A stretch of 64,000 nucleotides of DNA from an uncultured Holophagales bacterium. GTDB taxonomy: Bacteria > Acidobacteriota > Thermoanaerobaculia > Multivoradales > UBA5704. Below are positions 55,171 to 64,000 of this stretch, piece by piece. Both the position numbers and the translations under genes were made by a program. The DNA is taken from contig CAWJGT010000001.1 in the NCBI GenBank assembly GCA_963842525.1, positions 672,001-736,000 of the forward strand. Reading direction: 5' to 3'. The notes under the pieces were generated by a model, which saw only the letters and a list, made by a program, of their open reading frames with translations, made no database searches and had not been told where the DNA came from. Position 1 is the first letter of the stretch; every line of letters begins with the position of its first letter.

Positions 55171-58100
55171 CTAGCCCTGCGGCTCCGGCTCCAGCACCAC
55201 CTGCACCTGCACGGTGCCGCCGGGGGTGACGGTGATCGGGGTCTCCTTCGGGGCGAACCCATCCTTCTCGACCTTCAGGAGATAGCTCCCCGCAGCCAGC
55301 CGGGGGAATTCGAAGGCGCCCTGATCGTCCGTCTGGACTCTGGGGCCCGAGAAAAAGATGTCCGGCTCCGGGCCACTCCCGCGCAGCGAGACCAGGGCTT
55401 CGGGGACGGGTGAGCCGGCGGGGGTGAGGACGTGGCCTGCAGCGGAGCCGGTAGAGATCTCGATCGACACCTCCTGATCGGAGGTCAGCTCCAGGGACCG
55501 GGCATATCCGGGGCCGGCGTCGGGCGCGATGAGCAACTGCCAGGCTCCGGGCTGCAGGCCGTCGATCTCGAAGCTCCCGTCGTACCGGGTCGATGCCCGG
55601 CGCGTCTCGGAGCCCTGGCGTTGCGAGGCAACCAGGATGTCGGTTCCCGGCAGAGGCTTTCCGTCCAGAAGAACCTGGCCCGACAACTTGAGGCCGGCCG
55701 CGAATTGGAGGTCCAGCACCACCTCCTCTCCCGCCGGGGCGACCTCGACGGAGCCCTCGGCCTGCCGGTGGGGGTACAGGTACGCGAACACCCGCCAGGT
55801 TCCCGGAGCGGCATCAGGGATCTGATAGCGGCTCCCCGGGCCGACGGTCCCGAAGAGGCGGCCCCCGGGCGGCCCTTCGAGCATCGCTACGATCTCAGCT
55901 CCGGCCAGCTCGTCCGCGGGCAGTCCCAGGAGGCTCCCCACGATCCGGGCCCCTCGGGCGAGCCTCAGCTCGAGGCCCTCGACGGGCCGGCCAGCAATGT
56001 GGACCTCGCGCGGGTCCAGCGTCCGTGCGAAGCCGGAAGCGCTCCCCTCCAGTTGAAAGATCCCATTGGTAACGGCCGGGAACAGGAAGGTGCCATCCAT
56101 GCGGGAGCGGGTGGAAAAGGTCTGGCGCGAGCGGACCGGCCTCAGGAGGAGGGCCACAGCCGGCAGCGGCGTCCCCTGTGCGTCCGTCACCCGGCCGGAG
56201 ACCTCGACGCCGCTGTCGAACGCGAAGTCGAGGCGGTTCACGCCCGGCCGGACCTCCGTGGGCCTCTGCAGGAGCTGGTCGTTGCCTTCGACCCTGACCA
56301 TGACATTGTGCTCCCCCAGCTCGAGCCCCTCCAGGCGATAGCGCCCCTCGGTGTCCGTCGCGCCGTGGGGCGAGGAGAGCATCCGATCGTCGCGGTCCTC
56401 GAGATGGGCGCGGACGTCCGCCCCGGCCACAGGCTCTCCGCGGCCATCCACGACGCGGCCTTCGAGGATGGCACCCCTTTCCAGCGTGACCTCGACCGGG
56501 GCGGCATCGCCCTGCTCCGGGAACCGCAGCCCCCGGACCAGCCGCATCCGATAGCCTGGGGCCCTCACGCCGAACGAGACCTCCCCCGCATCACCGGTCA
56601 GGACGAACTTCCCCTCGCCGTCGGTCGTCGTCGGGTGGTAGGACCAGTGGCCGTAGCCCGTCTTCCCGCCGCCGAGGCCCCTCTCGTGCTCGGTGAACGT
56701 GATGACCTGCGCTCCGGCGACCGGCCGCCCTTCGGGGTCCAGCACCCGGCCGGTCAAGCGGCGAAGCGCCAGATCCTGGAGCACGACCTGGACCGGCTCG
56801 AGCGTTGGCGCCTCCAACCCGGGAAGGTTGCTCTCGGCATATCCCTCGCGCGAGACGCTCAAGTGGAACCGCCGTCCCCGCGCCAGACCCGTGAGGCGGA
56901 AGCGCCCGTCGGGACCCGTGACGACTGTGGCGCCGGTGGAGGGATACGGATCTACCGAAGCGCCCTCGACCGGAGCTCCGCGCGCGTCGATCACCCGTCC
57001 TTCGACCTCCACGCCCTCCTGCAGTGTGACCGTCCCCAGGTCCACCTCGCCCGCCGTCCCCGTGATCTCCACGCCCGGCAGGCGGACCGACACGAGCTTC
57101 GGGTGCTCCACCCACAGATCGAAGCGTCCCGCAAACAGGTTCTGGAAGCGGAACGCGCCGGCAGCGTCCGAGATGGTCCTGAAGAGCTGCCTCCCAGGGT
57201 CGTGCGACCGCCTGGGATTCTGCTCCCCTCCTTCCGCTGCGCGGCGAAGAGTCAGCCTCGCCCCTGGAATCGCAGCCCCCTGCTCGTCCAGGACCTTCCC
57301 GACGGCAGTGCTGCCCCGGCTCAGGACGATCCGCAGAGGGGGTGTGGCTTGCCCCGGAGACGAAGACCAGGCCGGCAGGAGGGCTTCCGCGAACGCCTCC
57401 CGGGTGACCCTGACCTCATAAGGCGCCGCGGCAGGGAGGCCGCGGATCTGGAAGCTCCCGTCCGGGTTGCTCCAGACCGCATCCCGGGACGCCAGAAGGC
57501 CGCGCTCAGAGCCCGGCGCTGTGGCCTCGAGCCGGGCGTCACCGACCGGCCGGCCTTCGGAATCCACGACACGCCCGAGGATCGAGCCGGCGGGATCCAG
57601 CAGCACGGTGATGTCCGGAGAGCTCCCTTTCTGCGGCTGCTGAGACGATTGCACATGGGCCGCCGCGACGGCCCGGAAGGAGGCCTGCTGCGAGCCCGGC
57701 GCGAGAGGAAGGCGGAAGCCGCCGTCCGCCCCGGCCCGCACCCAGGTGCGCCTGCCCCAGAGCAGCGCTCCGGGCAGGGGAGCGCGCGTGGCCGCGTCGA
57801 GCACCCGCCCTGCAACGACGGCCGGGCTGTTGGACAGGGTGACGACCTTCGGCTTCGACCCGTCCTCATCCGGACCGAAGGTCAGCTCCGCCCACTCTCC
57901 GGTGGGACCTTCCAGCATCAGCCCGGCACGTTGCTGTGGGACGAGCAGGCTCAGCCGGCCGGCCGCGCCGGTTGCGGTGATCGGCCGTCGCTGTTGCCAG
58001 AGCACGGCGCCGGCGACCGGTCTGCCGTCCCTGCCGCGAACCTCCACGGTGCGCAGCGGACCGGCGGCGAGGCGGATCGTCTCCTTGCCGCCCACCTGGG

Positions 58101-58773
58101 CTTCGGCCTCCTGGCCGAGGAATGCCGGAGTCAGGGCCGTGAGGTCGATCCGCTCCCCAGCGCGGGCGAACCGTTGCAGGACTTCGGCTGCTTCCTGGCC
58201 AAGGAGCGACAGATCCAGGGCCGGGAGGTCGATCCGCTCCGCAGCGAGGGTGGACAGGTGCAGCTTTCCCTTCTCTCCGGTGGTCCCGCCACCATCGACG
58301 GGCCGCCAGCCGGTGTTCTCCTCCCGAAAATTGAACCCCTGGGGCCCGCTGGCGGAGAAACGGATTCCCGCGAGTGGCTGCCCTTCGGGTCCCAGGACCG
58401 TCACCTCGGTCTCGACCGCGGGCTTCAGCCGGGCCGGCGGGAGCTCGGTCTCCTCGACCAGCGGTACCGGGTCCCGCTCGACCGCTACGCAACCCGGGGC
58501 CTGGACGCGGATGCGGAAGAGACCCTCCTCGGGAGCGAAAAGCTCGAAGGAACCGTCGGCCAGAGGCCGGGCCGAAGCGAGCGGCGGCGGCTCGGGGCCG
58601 CCCGCGAGGAGACGGAGCGCGTCGTCGTACCCGACAAACGCAGGGAGCAGGTCGATCCGGGCACCGGCGGGAACCGGCGCGGCGATCCGGCCCGTGACCC
58701 GCACCGGCGCCGCCACGACCGGGAGCGCAGCGGCGAGGACGCAGGCCAGCGCGAAGGCAAGCTGTCTCTGCAT
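55171..58773 (-). CDS. Large secreted protein with tandem carboxypeptidase-regulatory-like (transthyretin-like beta-sandwich) domains
   Basis: Signal peptide; repeated G.V.D..G.PV.GA.V...TD..G.F motifs; 1200 aa. Confidence 0.85.
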   Translation of the reverse strand: MQRQLAFALACVLAAALPVVAAPVRVTGRIAAPVPAGARIDLLPAFVGYDDALRLLAGGPEPPPLASARPLADGSFELFAPEEGLFRIRVQAPGCVAVERDPVPLVEETELPPARLKPAVETEVTVLGPEGQPLAGIRFSASGPQGFNFREENTGWRPVDGGGTTGEKGKLHLSTLAAERIDLPALDLSLLGQEAAEVLQRFARAGERIDLTALTPAFLGQEAEAQVGGKETIRLAAGPLRTVEVRGRDGRPVAGAVLWQQRRPITATGAAGRLSLLVPQQRAGLMLEGPTGEWAELTFGPDEDGSKPKVVTLSNSPAVVAGRVLDAATRAPLPGALLWGRRTWVRAGADGGFRLPLAPGSQQASFRAVAAAHVQSSQQPQKGSSPDITVLLDPAGSILGRVVDSEGRPVGDARLEATAPGSERGLLASRDAVWSNPDGSFQIRGLPAAAPYEVRVTREAFAEALLPAWSSSPGQATPPLRIVLSRGSTAVGKVLDEQGAAIPGARLTLRRAAEGGEQNPRRSHDPGRQLFRTISDAAGAFRFQNLFAGRFDLWVEHPKLVSVRLPGVEITGTAGEVDLGTVTLQEGVEVEGRVIDARGAPVEGASVDPYPSTGATVVTGPDGRFRLTGLARGRRFHLSVSREGYAESNLPGLEAPTLEPVQVVLQDLALRRLTGRVLDPEGRPVAGAQVITFTEHERGLGGGKTGYGHWSYHPTTTDGEGKFVLTGDAGEVSFGVRAPGYRMRLVRGLRFPEQGDAAPVEVTLERGAILEGRVVDGRGEPVAGADVRAHLEDRDDRMLSSPHGATDTEGRYRLEGLELGEHNVMVRVEGNDQLLQRPTEVRPGVNRLDFAFDSGVEVSGRVTDAQGTPLPAVALLLRPVRSRQTFSTRSRMDGTFLFPAVTNGIFQLEGSASGFARTLDPREVHIAGRPVEGLELRLARGARIVGSLLGLPADELAGAEIVAMLEGPPGGRLFGTVGPGSRYQIPDAAPGTWRVFAYLYPHRQAEGSVEVAPAGEEVVLDLQFAAGLKLSGQVLLDGKPLPGTDILVASQRQGSETRRASTRYDGSFEIDGLQPGAWQLLIAPDAGPGYARSLELTSDQEVSIEISTGSAAGHVLTPAGSPVPEALVSLRGSGPEPDIFFSGPRVQTDDQGAFEFPRLAAGSYLLKVEKDGFAPKETPITVTPGGTVQVQVVLEPEPQG

Positions 58774-58789
58774 ACGCCTCCTGATCAGA

Positions 58790-58884
58790 TCCTATCCGAA
58801 CGGCCCGTGCTCGAGCACCACTTGAACCTGCGCCGTGCCGCCGGGTGACGGTGAACTTTTCCTGGCGCGACCGGAACCCGGGCC
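58790..58884 (-). pseudogene. 3' remnant of a third carboxypeptidase-regulatory-domain paralog
   Basis: Reads PGFRSRQEKFTVT(P)GGTAQVQVVLEHGPFG, matching the C-terminus of 59751-63296 (GFRTRQEKLTVTPGGAVQVQVVLEP). Confidence 0.7.
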
Positions 58885-58901
58885 ACCACGCCCGGAGCCG
58901 G

Positions 58902-59000
58902 CTGCGCCGAATTCTGAGCCTCCTGCACCGTGGCGCAGACGACCTGCGCCGTGGCGCGGGCTGCCACGCCGAGGTGCAGGCGGACTACGCCGTGGCGCAG
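58902..59000. repeat. About 21-bp-period array of the palindrome CTGCGCC-N2-GGCGCAG
   Basis: Units start at 58902 (half), 58923, 58944, 58964 and 58985. Confidence 0.65.
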
Positions 59001-59127
59001 ATACCCCACAAAAACACCAGGAAACTCTACGAATCGGCTGGCTCAGCCCCCGAACCCGTGTAGCTCGAAGACTTTACGGCGCAGAAAGCCCTGAGCTCGC
59101 CCGGCTGGCCGCCGACCCGGAGCAGCT

Positions 59128-59657
59128 CTATCCGTCCGTTTTCTGGGCCGCCTCCGAGTACATCGCATCCAGCCCCACCCCGGCCAGCTCCAGCGACACC
59201 CCACCCGCCGCGGCAAGCAACAGCTTCAGCGACTCCGGCGACCGCACCAGGCAGAGCGCCACGTGCAGGGCGGGCGGAATGTCGTCGTTGAACAGCTCCA
59301 GGTGCGCCACCACCCCGCCCCAATCGCCCCGGCTTTCGATGCCATAGCCGAGGAGGTCCGGCTCGCTCCGCAGCCGGAACGCCTGATCGCGGCCCGTGGC
59401 CGGCAACACCGCCGCCAGCAGCCGCGCCAGCCACAGGGTCTTGCACACCGCCACCGGCCGGAAGCCCCGAGTATAGCTTTCACCCGGCCGGAACAGCCCG
59501 TACCCGTGCTCCAAATGCTCTTCGATGTGCCACGGCCCGGCCGCCTCGGCCTCGGCCGCGAACGGCGGCTCGTCCTGCTCGCCAACTCTATCAAGGAAGG
59601 ATGAAACGCGTTGCGGGGGGAGGGAACCTCTTTGCTACTATCGGTGTAGCCACGCAT
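59128..59657 (-). CDS. Hypothetical protein (probable indel at ~59585)
   Basis: AAGGAG upstream, then MRGYTDSSKEVPSPRNAF..., continuing EQDEPPFAAEAEAAGPWHIEEHLEHGYGLFRPGES...SPESLKLLLAAAGG. Confidence 0.5.
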
Positions 59658-59750
59658 GGGCCTCGCACTCCTTGCCAGCGCCCACAAGGGGCGCTTCCCT
59701 CCGCCCCCCGGAGGAGATGTGTGTAAAGGTAGGGGTTGAAACCCCAGGCA

Positions 59751-62700
59751 TCACGGCTCCGGCTCCAGCACCACCTGCACCTGCACCGCGCCGCCGGGGG
59801 TGACGGTGAGCTTTTCCTGGCGCGTTCGGAAGCCATCGGCCCGGATGCTCAGCTCGTAGGTACCCGCGGCCACGCCCGGCATCTCGAAATCGCCCGCATC
59901 GCCGGTCCTCGCGGCGAGCGCCGAGGTCCATGCCGTCTGGTCGTAGACGAGGCCGTGCGCCAGGATCTCCACTCCGGAGACCGGCTCGCCGCTGGCCGCC
60001 AGGACCCGTCCGGCGATCGCACCGGTCGCGATCTCGATGTCGATCTCGCGGTCGGACGTCAGCTCCACCTGCTGGCCGTGTACGATGCCGCGGCCTTCGT
60101 GGAGGATCGTCAACTGGTAGGTGCCGGGCGCGAGGGCCGGAATGGAGAACGCGCCTTCGTAGCCGGTCCGTGCTTCGCCCCCGAACGGCCCTCTCTGCCC
60201 TGGCCCGTAAGCCGTCAGCTTCGCACCCCGCAGCGGCTCGCCGTCCACCAGCACGCGCCCGCTCAGGGTCACCCCCTTCTCGAAGCTCAGGTCGAGATGG
60301 ACCTCGCGATCTTCCGGCTCGATCCGGACCGTCCCGGCGGCCTTCCGGCCGGACGGTGTGGTCGCGGTCACGTTCCAGTCGCCGGGCGTGAGGCCCTCGA
60401 CGGTGTAGCTCCCATCCCAGCTCGCACGGCCCTGACGATCGAAGTCGAAGCGCTTGCTGGTCCCGATCTGCACCTGTGCGAGCTCCTCCGGGTCCAGGCC
60501 GGAAATCCGCCCCCGGAGGGTAGCTTCCGGCTGGCGCTTCAGCCGGACCTCGATCCCGGAGACCGGTGCTCCCGCTACCTGCATCGGGCTCGGATCCGCT
60601 TCGGCGAACCCCTGGCGCCGGACCGTCAGTCTGTAGGTCCCATCCTTGACGTAGGACAGAAGGAACGATCCGTCGGCCGCGGTGGAGGACCCGAAGCCCG
60701 AGACGTTGTCATTGCGCAGGATGACCTCGGCGCCGGAGATGGGATCTCCCGACTCCTCGTCGAGCACCTGGCCGGAGACCTCGACGCCGGCGGCCTTCTC
60801 CAGGACGATCTCGACCTCGTTGGCCCCGGGCTGGACCGTGACCTTCACCTCGGCCGGCAGGCCGACGGCAGACATGGCGGTGACCGAAAACACTCCCGGC
60901 TCGAGGTTCAGAGAGAATCGTCCATTGCCGTCCGTGAGAGCTCTTTCGCTCTGCCAGGAGGCGCGCCGGGTGGCACCGATCTCCTCCGAGGACCGGACCG
61001 GCCGCGCCCAGATGCTGACCTTCGGCAAGGGCTCACCTGCCGAATCGCGCACGCGGCCGTCCAGCACGGAGCCCCCTTCGAGCGAGATCTCCAGGCCGTC
61101 GAGGTCCCGGTTGTCCGGAACCCGCAGGCCGAACAGGCGCCGATTCTTGTAGCCGCGGGCGGCGACCTCCAGATCGAGGCTCCCGGGCGGCAGGTTCGGG
61201 ATCCGGAACTCTCCGTCCGGCCCCGTCCGGCCCCCCTCCCGCGTCGACTGGGAGATGCCGCCTCTGGCCCTGTCGTCCTGGACGAGGAGGACGCTGGCGT
61301 CCACGACCGGCTCGCCGCTCGGGCCGAGCACCCTGCCGGAGGCGCTGCGGGCGGTGGCGAGCTCGATGTCGAGGGGCACCAGGGTCGGGGCCTGCACGCC
61401 CATCGCCTCGGCAGGAGGATGGCCGGGATGCACGATCCGCAGGTCGTAGCGCCTCCCGGGCCGGAGGTCGGCGAGGAGGAAGCGGCCGTCCGCGCCGGTC
61501 CGCGCCCGTAACTGGGGCTCTGGCGGGAGAGGTGGATGCTCCATGCTCATCCTTCCACGGACCGGGAGCGCCGCGATCTCGGCCCCTGCGACCGGTGCTC
61601 CCTGGCGGTCCCGCACGGTCCCCTCCAGGGCCGCTCCGCGAAGGAGGGTCACGACGCCGAGGTCGGTGGCGGGTGTGCTGGCGATCTCGACGCCGGCACG
61701 GCGGAGCGGAGCGAACCCCCGGCGCTCCACCTTCAGGTCGTACAGGCCCGGGCTCAGCCGGCGGACCTCGAAGCGGCCGTCTGCACCAGACGAAGCGCGA
61801 AATTCCTCCTCGTCGAACCCCATCGGCCCCGGGACCGCCAGGCTCACCGCGGTGCCTCCCACCGGCTGCCCGGACTCGTCGACCAGCCGGCCGCGCGCCG
61901 ACCGGCCGGTGTCCAGGACGATCCGGACCGGAGCCGGCGCACGGCCCGGGGATGCCGTGCGGGCCGTGGCCGAGGCACGGGCAAACCCGTCCGCGGACAC
62001 GGAGAGCTGGTAGATCGCCCGCGGCAGGAGGCCCCGCAGCCGGAAGCGGCCGTCCGGCCTGCTCCAGGCGCGCTCCCCTTCTCTGAAGTACCGGGGGCGG
62101 GCGTCCTCCAGGGTTTCGACGCGGGCCCATGGCACCGGCCTCCCCTGCGCGTCCTCGATGCGGCCCTCGACAGCGGCCTCGAGGCGCAGCGCGACCGCCA
62201 CCTCGACGCCGCGGACCGGCAGGTAGTCCGGGCTCAGGTATCCCGCGGCGAAGACGCCGAGCTGGGGAGAGAGACCCCAGGGCACCGGCAGGCGGAAGCG
62301 GCCGGACACATCTGTCCGGACCGGCGGCGCGCTAAGCCGGGGCTCGCTCCAGACGAGGGCACCGGCCACGGGCCTGCCGGAGCCGGCCTCGGTCACCCGC
62401 CCGCGGACGAGCTGCGGCGGCGCGGTCCACAGCGGCCACGGCCGCCCCGGGACCAGGGCCGGTGGAGGTGCATTCGGGATGCCGGCCCACCGGCCGTCCG
62501 GCGTCTCGATCGTCAGGAGCTGCGCTCCGTGGATCTCTTCGAGGCTCACCTTCAACCGCCCGTCGGGACCGGAGAGGCCGACCGGCTGCGATCCCCGGCG
62601 GAGGAGAGCCCGCGGCACCGGACGGCCCTCGGCGCCCTGGATCTCGACGAGGTAGAGAACGGCGGGTTGTCGGAGCTCCACCGAGGAGCCATCGACCGCT

Positions 62701-63296
62701 TGCTGCACCAGCCAGAAAGCGCCGCCGCTCGCGGCGTACAGGCTCATCGATTCGTCCGGAGACTGCGGCAGAGCGAGCTTCCCGTCCGGCCCGGTCCGGC
62801 CCCGTCGCGGGACCCGCTGCCAGCCGGAAGGGCGTGCGAGGTCCCGCATGTCCGGAAGGGATTCGGCGAGCACGAGCAGATCCGGAAGGGGCCGGCCACG
62901 GGGGCCCATCGCCCGCACCTCCAGGGACGAGGAGGCGGGCTCCAGCTCCACCGGGGACAGCTCCTTGATGCCCCCGACTGCGACCCCGGGCTGCTCGAGC
63001 GGCAGATACCCGTCGGCCCGCACGACCACGCGATAGAGCCCGCTCTCCGGAGCTTCCAGCTCGAACGCACCGTCAAGTCCCGGCCGCGTCGAGGCCAGAG
63101 GAGGAAGCTCGGTCCCTTCGAGCCGCCGCACGGCGTCCGCATAGGTCTCGACCGCCGGGAACAGCTCGGCCCTGGCGCCAGCCGCCTGTGCGGCAGGGCC
63201 GAGGATCCGGCCGCGGATCCGCACCGGCTCGGCCGCCATCGGCGAAGCGAGGGCCAGGATCGAGAGGACGGCGAGAGCGCAGCGTGTGCCCTGCAT
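59751..63296 (-). CDS. Second large secreted carboxypeptidase-regulatory-like repeat protein (paralog of 55171-58773)
   Basis: Signal peptide, the same repeated beta-sandwich motifs and a near-identical C-terminus; 1181 aa. Confidence 0.85.
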   Translation of the reverse strand: MQGTRCALAVLSILALASPMAAEPVRIRGRILGPAAQAAGARAELFPAVETYADAVRRLEGTELPPLASTRPGLDGAFELEAPESGLYRVVVRADGYLPLEQPGVAVGGIKELSPVELEPASSSLEVRAMGPRGRPLPDLLVLAESLPDMRDLARPSGWQRVPRRGRTGPDGKLALPQSPDESMSLYAASGGAFWLVQQAVDGSSVELRQPAVLYLVEIQGAEGRPVPRALLRRGSQPVGLSGPDGRLKVSLEEIHGAQLLTIETPDGRWAGIPNAPPPALVPGRPWPLWTAPPQLVRGRVTEAGSGRPVAGALVWSEPRLSAPPVRTDVSGRFRLPVPWGLSPQLGVFAAGYLSPDYLPVRGVEVAVALRLEAAVEGRIEDAQGRPVPWARVETLEDARPRYFREGERAWSRPDGRFRLRGLLPRAIYQLSVSADGFARASATARTASPGRAPAPVRIVLDTGRSARGRLVDESGQPVGGTAVSLAVPGPMGFDEEEFRASSGADGRFEVRRLSPGLYDLKVERRGFAPLRRAGVEIASTPATDLGVVTLLRGAALEGTVRDRQGAPVAGAEIAALPVRGRMSMEHPPLPPEPQLRARTGADGRFLLADLRPGRRYDLRIVHPGHPPAEAMGVQAPTLVPLDIELATARSASGRVLGPSGEPVVDASVLLVQDDRARGGISQSTREGGRTGPDGEFRIPNLPPGSLDLEVAARGYKNRRLFGLRVPDNRDLDGLEISLEGGSVLDGRVRDSAGEPLPKVSIWARPVRSSEEIGATRRASWQSERALTDGNGRFSLNLEPGVFSVTAMSAVGLPAEVKVTVQPGANEVEIVLEKAAGVEVSGQVLDEESGDPISGAEVILRNDNVSGFGSSTAADGSFLLSYVKDGTYRLTVRRQGFAEADPSPMQVAGAPVSGIEVRLKRQPEATLRGRISGLDPEELAQVQIGTSKRFDFDRQGRASWDGSYTVEGLTPGDWNVTATTPSGRKAAGTVRIEPEDREVHLDLSFEKGVTLSGRVLVDGEPLRGAKLTAYGPGQRGPFGGEARTGYEGAFSIPALAPGTYQLTILHEGRGIVHGQQVELTSDREIDIEIATGAIAGRVLAASGEPVSGVEILAHGLVYDQTAWTSALAARTGDAGDFEMPGVAAGTYELSIRADGFRTRQEKLTVTPGGAVQVQVVLEPEP

Positions 63297-63355
63297 GCTT
63301 CGGTCTCCTTCTGGAATTCTACCCCCGGTGGCCTGTGATAAAACCCTTCCACGTC

Positions 63356-64000
63356 ATGAACGCGAAAACCCTTCTCGCCGCTCTGCTCCTGCTCCCCGCC
63401 TCTGCCTCCGCCGCTCCGGCCTGCCAGAGCCTCGCCCCGCACCTGGACGCGGGCGGCAAGGCGGTCCATGTCATCGCCGAATGGACCGGGCCGCTCGGAT
63501 TCCAGCACTACCGCAAGACGGTCGCCGGCTCGCTGCGAGAAGCCGGCGCGGCCGACGCTGCAGCAAAAGTCGAGGCGCTGGAGCCGGGCCGGCCCGTGCC
63601 GCCGGAGTCGTCGGACCTGGCCGCCTGCCTGCTGCGCCACTACACCGTGGCCCGGTACGGCGAGCGGATCGTGGCCGACCTGCGCGACCTGGTGCGCTTC
63701 CGCACCTACGCCGAAGAGGGCCGGGAGAACTGGAACGCCCCCGAATTCCTGCGCCAGCGCGAGTGGCTGGAGCGCCGCGCCCGCGACCTGCGCCTCGCCT
63801 TCAAGTCATACGACGGACGGGTCGAGGAAGTCACTCTCGCCGGGCCGGCCCCGATCCTCGCCGTGCTCACCCACGGCGACGTGCAGGACGTCGCGAACCA
63901 GCACTGGTCCTCGCCGCCCTGGGAGGCCCACCTGGTCGGCGAAGGAGGGAGCGCGAAGATCGTGGGCCGCGGCACCGAGGACGACAAGGGGCCGATCGCG
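63356..64000 (+). CDS. M20-family metallopeptidase (PepV/ArgE-like), 5' part
   Basis: ORF open to the window end: signal peptide, ILAVLTHGDV, W..PPW and IVGRGTEDDKGPIA. Confidence 0.85.
   Translation, partial: MNAKTLLAALLLLPASASAAPACQSLAPHLDAGGKAVHVIAEWTGPLGFQHYRKTVAGSLREAGAADAAAKVEALEPGRPVPPESSDLAACLLRHYTVARYGERIVADLRDLVRFRTYAEEGRENWNAPEFLRQREWLERRARDLRLAFKSYDGRVEEVTLAGPAPILAVLTHGDVQDVANQHWSSPPWEAHLVGEGGSAKIVGRGTEDDKGPIA

Noticed and set aside
54712-55413. Coiled-coil protein encoded by the heptad-reading ORF
   Set aside because: No credible start or RBS, it overlaps a real gene on the opposite strand, and the DNA core is palindromic. Treated as a DNA repeat.

Overview
GC-rich bacterial DNA. 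The gene content and the orphan gene and repeat families suggest Acidobacteriota, possibly Thermoanaerobaculia (inference). Many single-base frameshifts, including two in the essential murA, point to long-read indel errors rather than true pseudogenes. Housekeeping blocks: RND efflux operon with a TetR operator, two OPT transporters, pckA, M20 hydrolase, msrA, split nitrilase/nadE, SurA-like protein, slt, murA and prmC. These are interleaved with accessory DNA. Main discoveries: (1) a two-gene operon encoding a ~1058-aa tandem-PRTase/histidine-kinase-like protein, split by an IS66 with an 8-bp TSD, plus a REC-TIR(CAP12-like) effector; this is a candidate new nucleotide-sensing two-component defence system. 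(2) A 1.6-kb graspetide RiPP cassette (ATP-grasp ligase plus an unannotated 56-aa precursor) bounded by 25-bp direct repeats at the OPT promoter. (3) An integrase-less integron remnant with a Pc-like promoter, an attC site and two paralogous cassettes. (4) Four phased 19/21-bp arrays, three with palindromic cores and three beside small orphan genes. (5) A FadL-barrel / TPR-TM-STAND ATPase / STAND-Ser/Thr kinase trans-envelope operon. (6) A type I R-M locus collapsed by a deletion.
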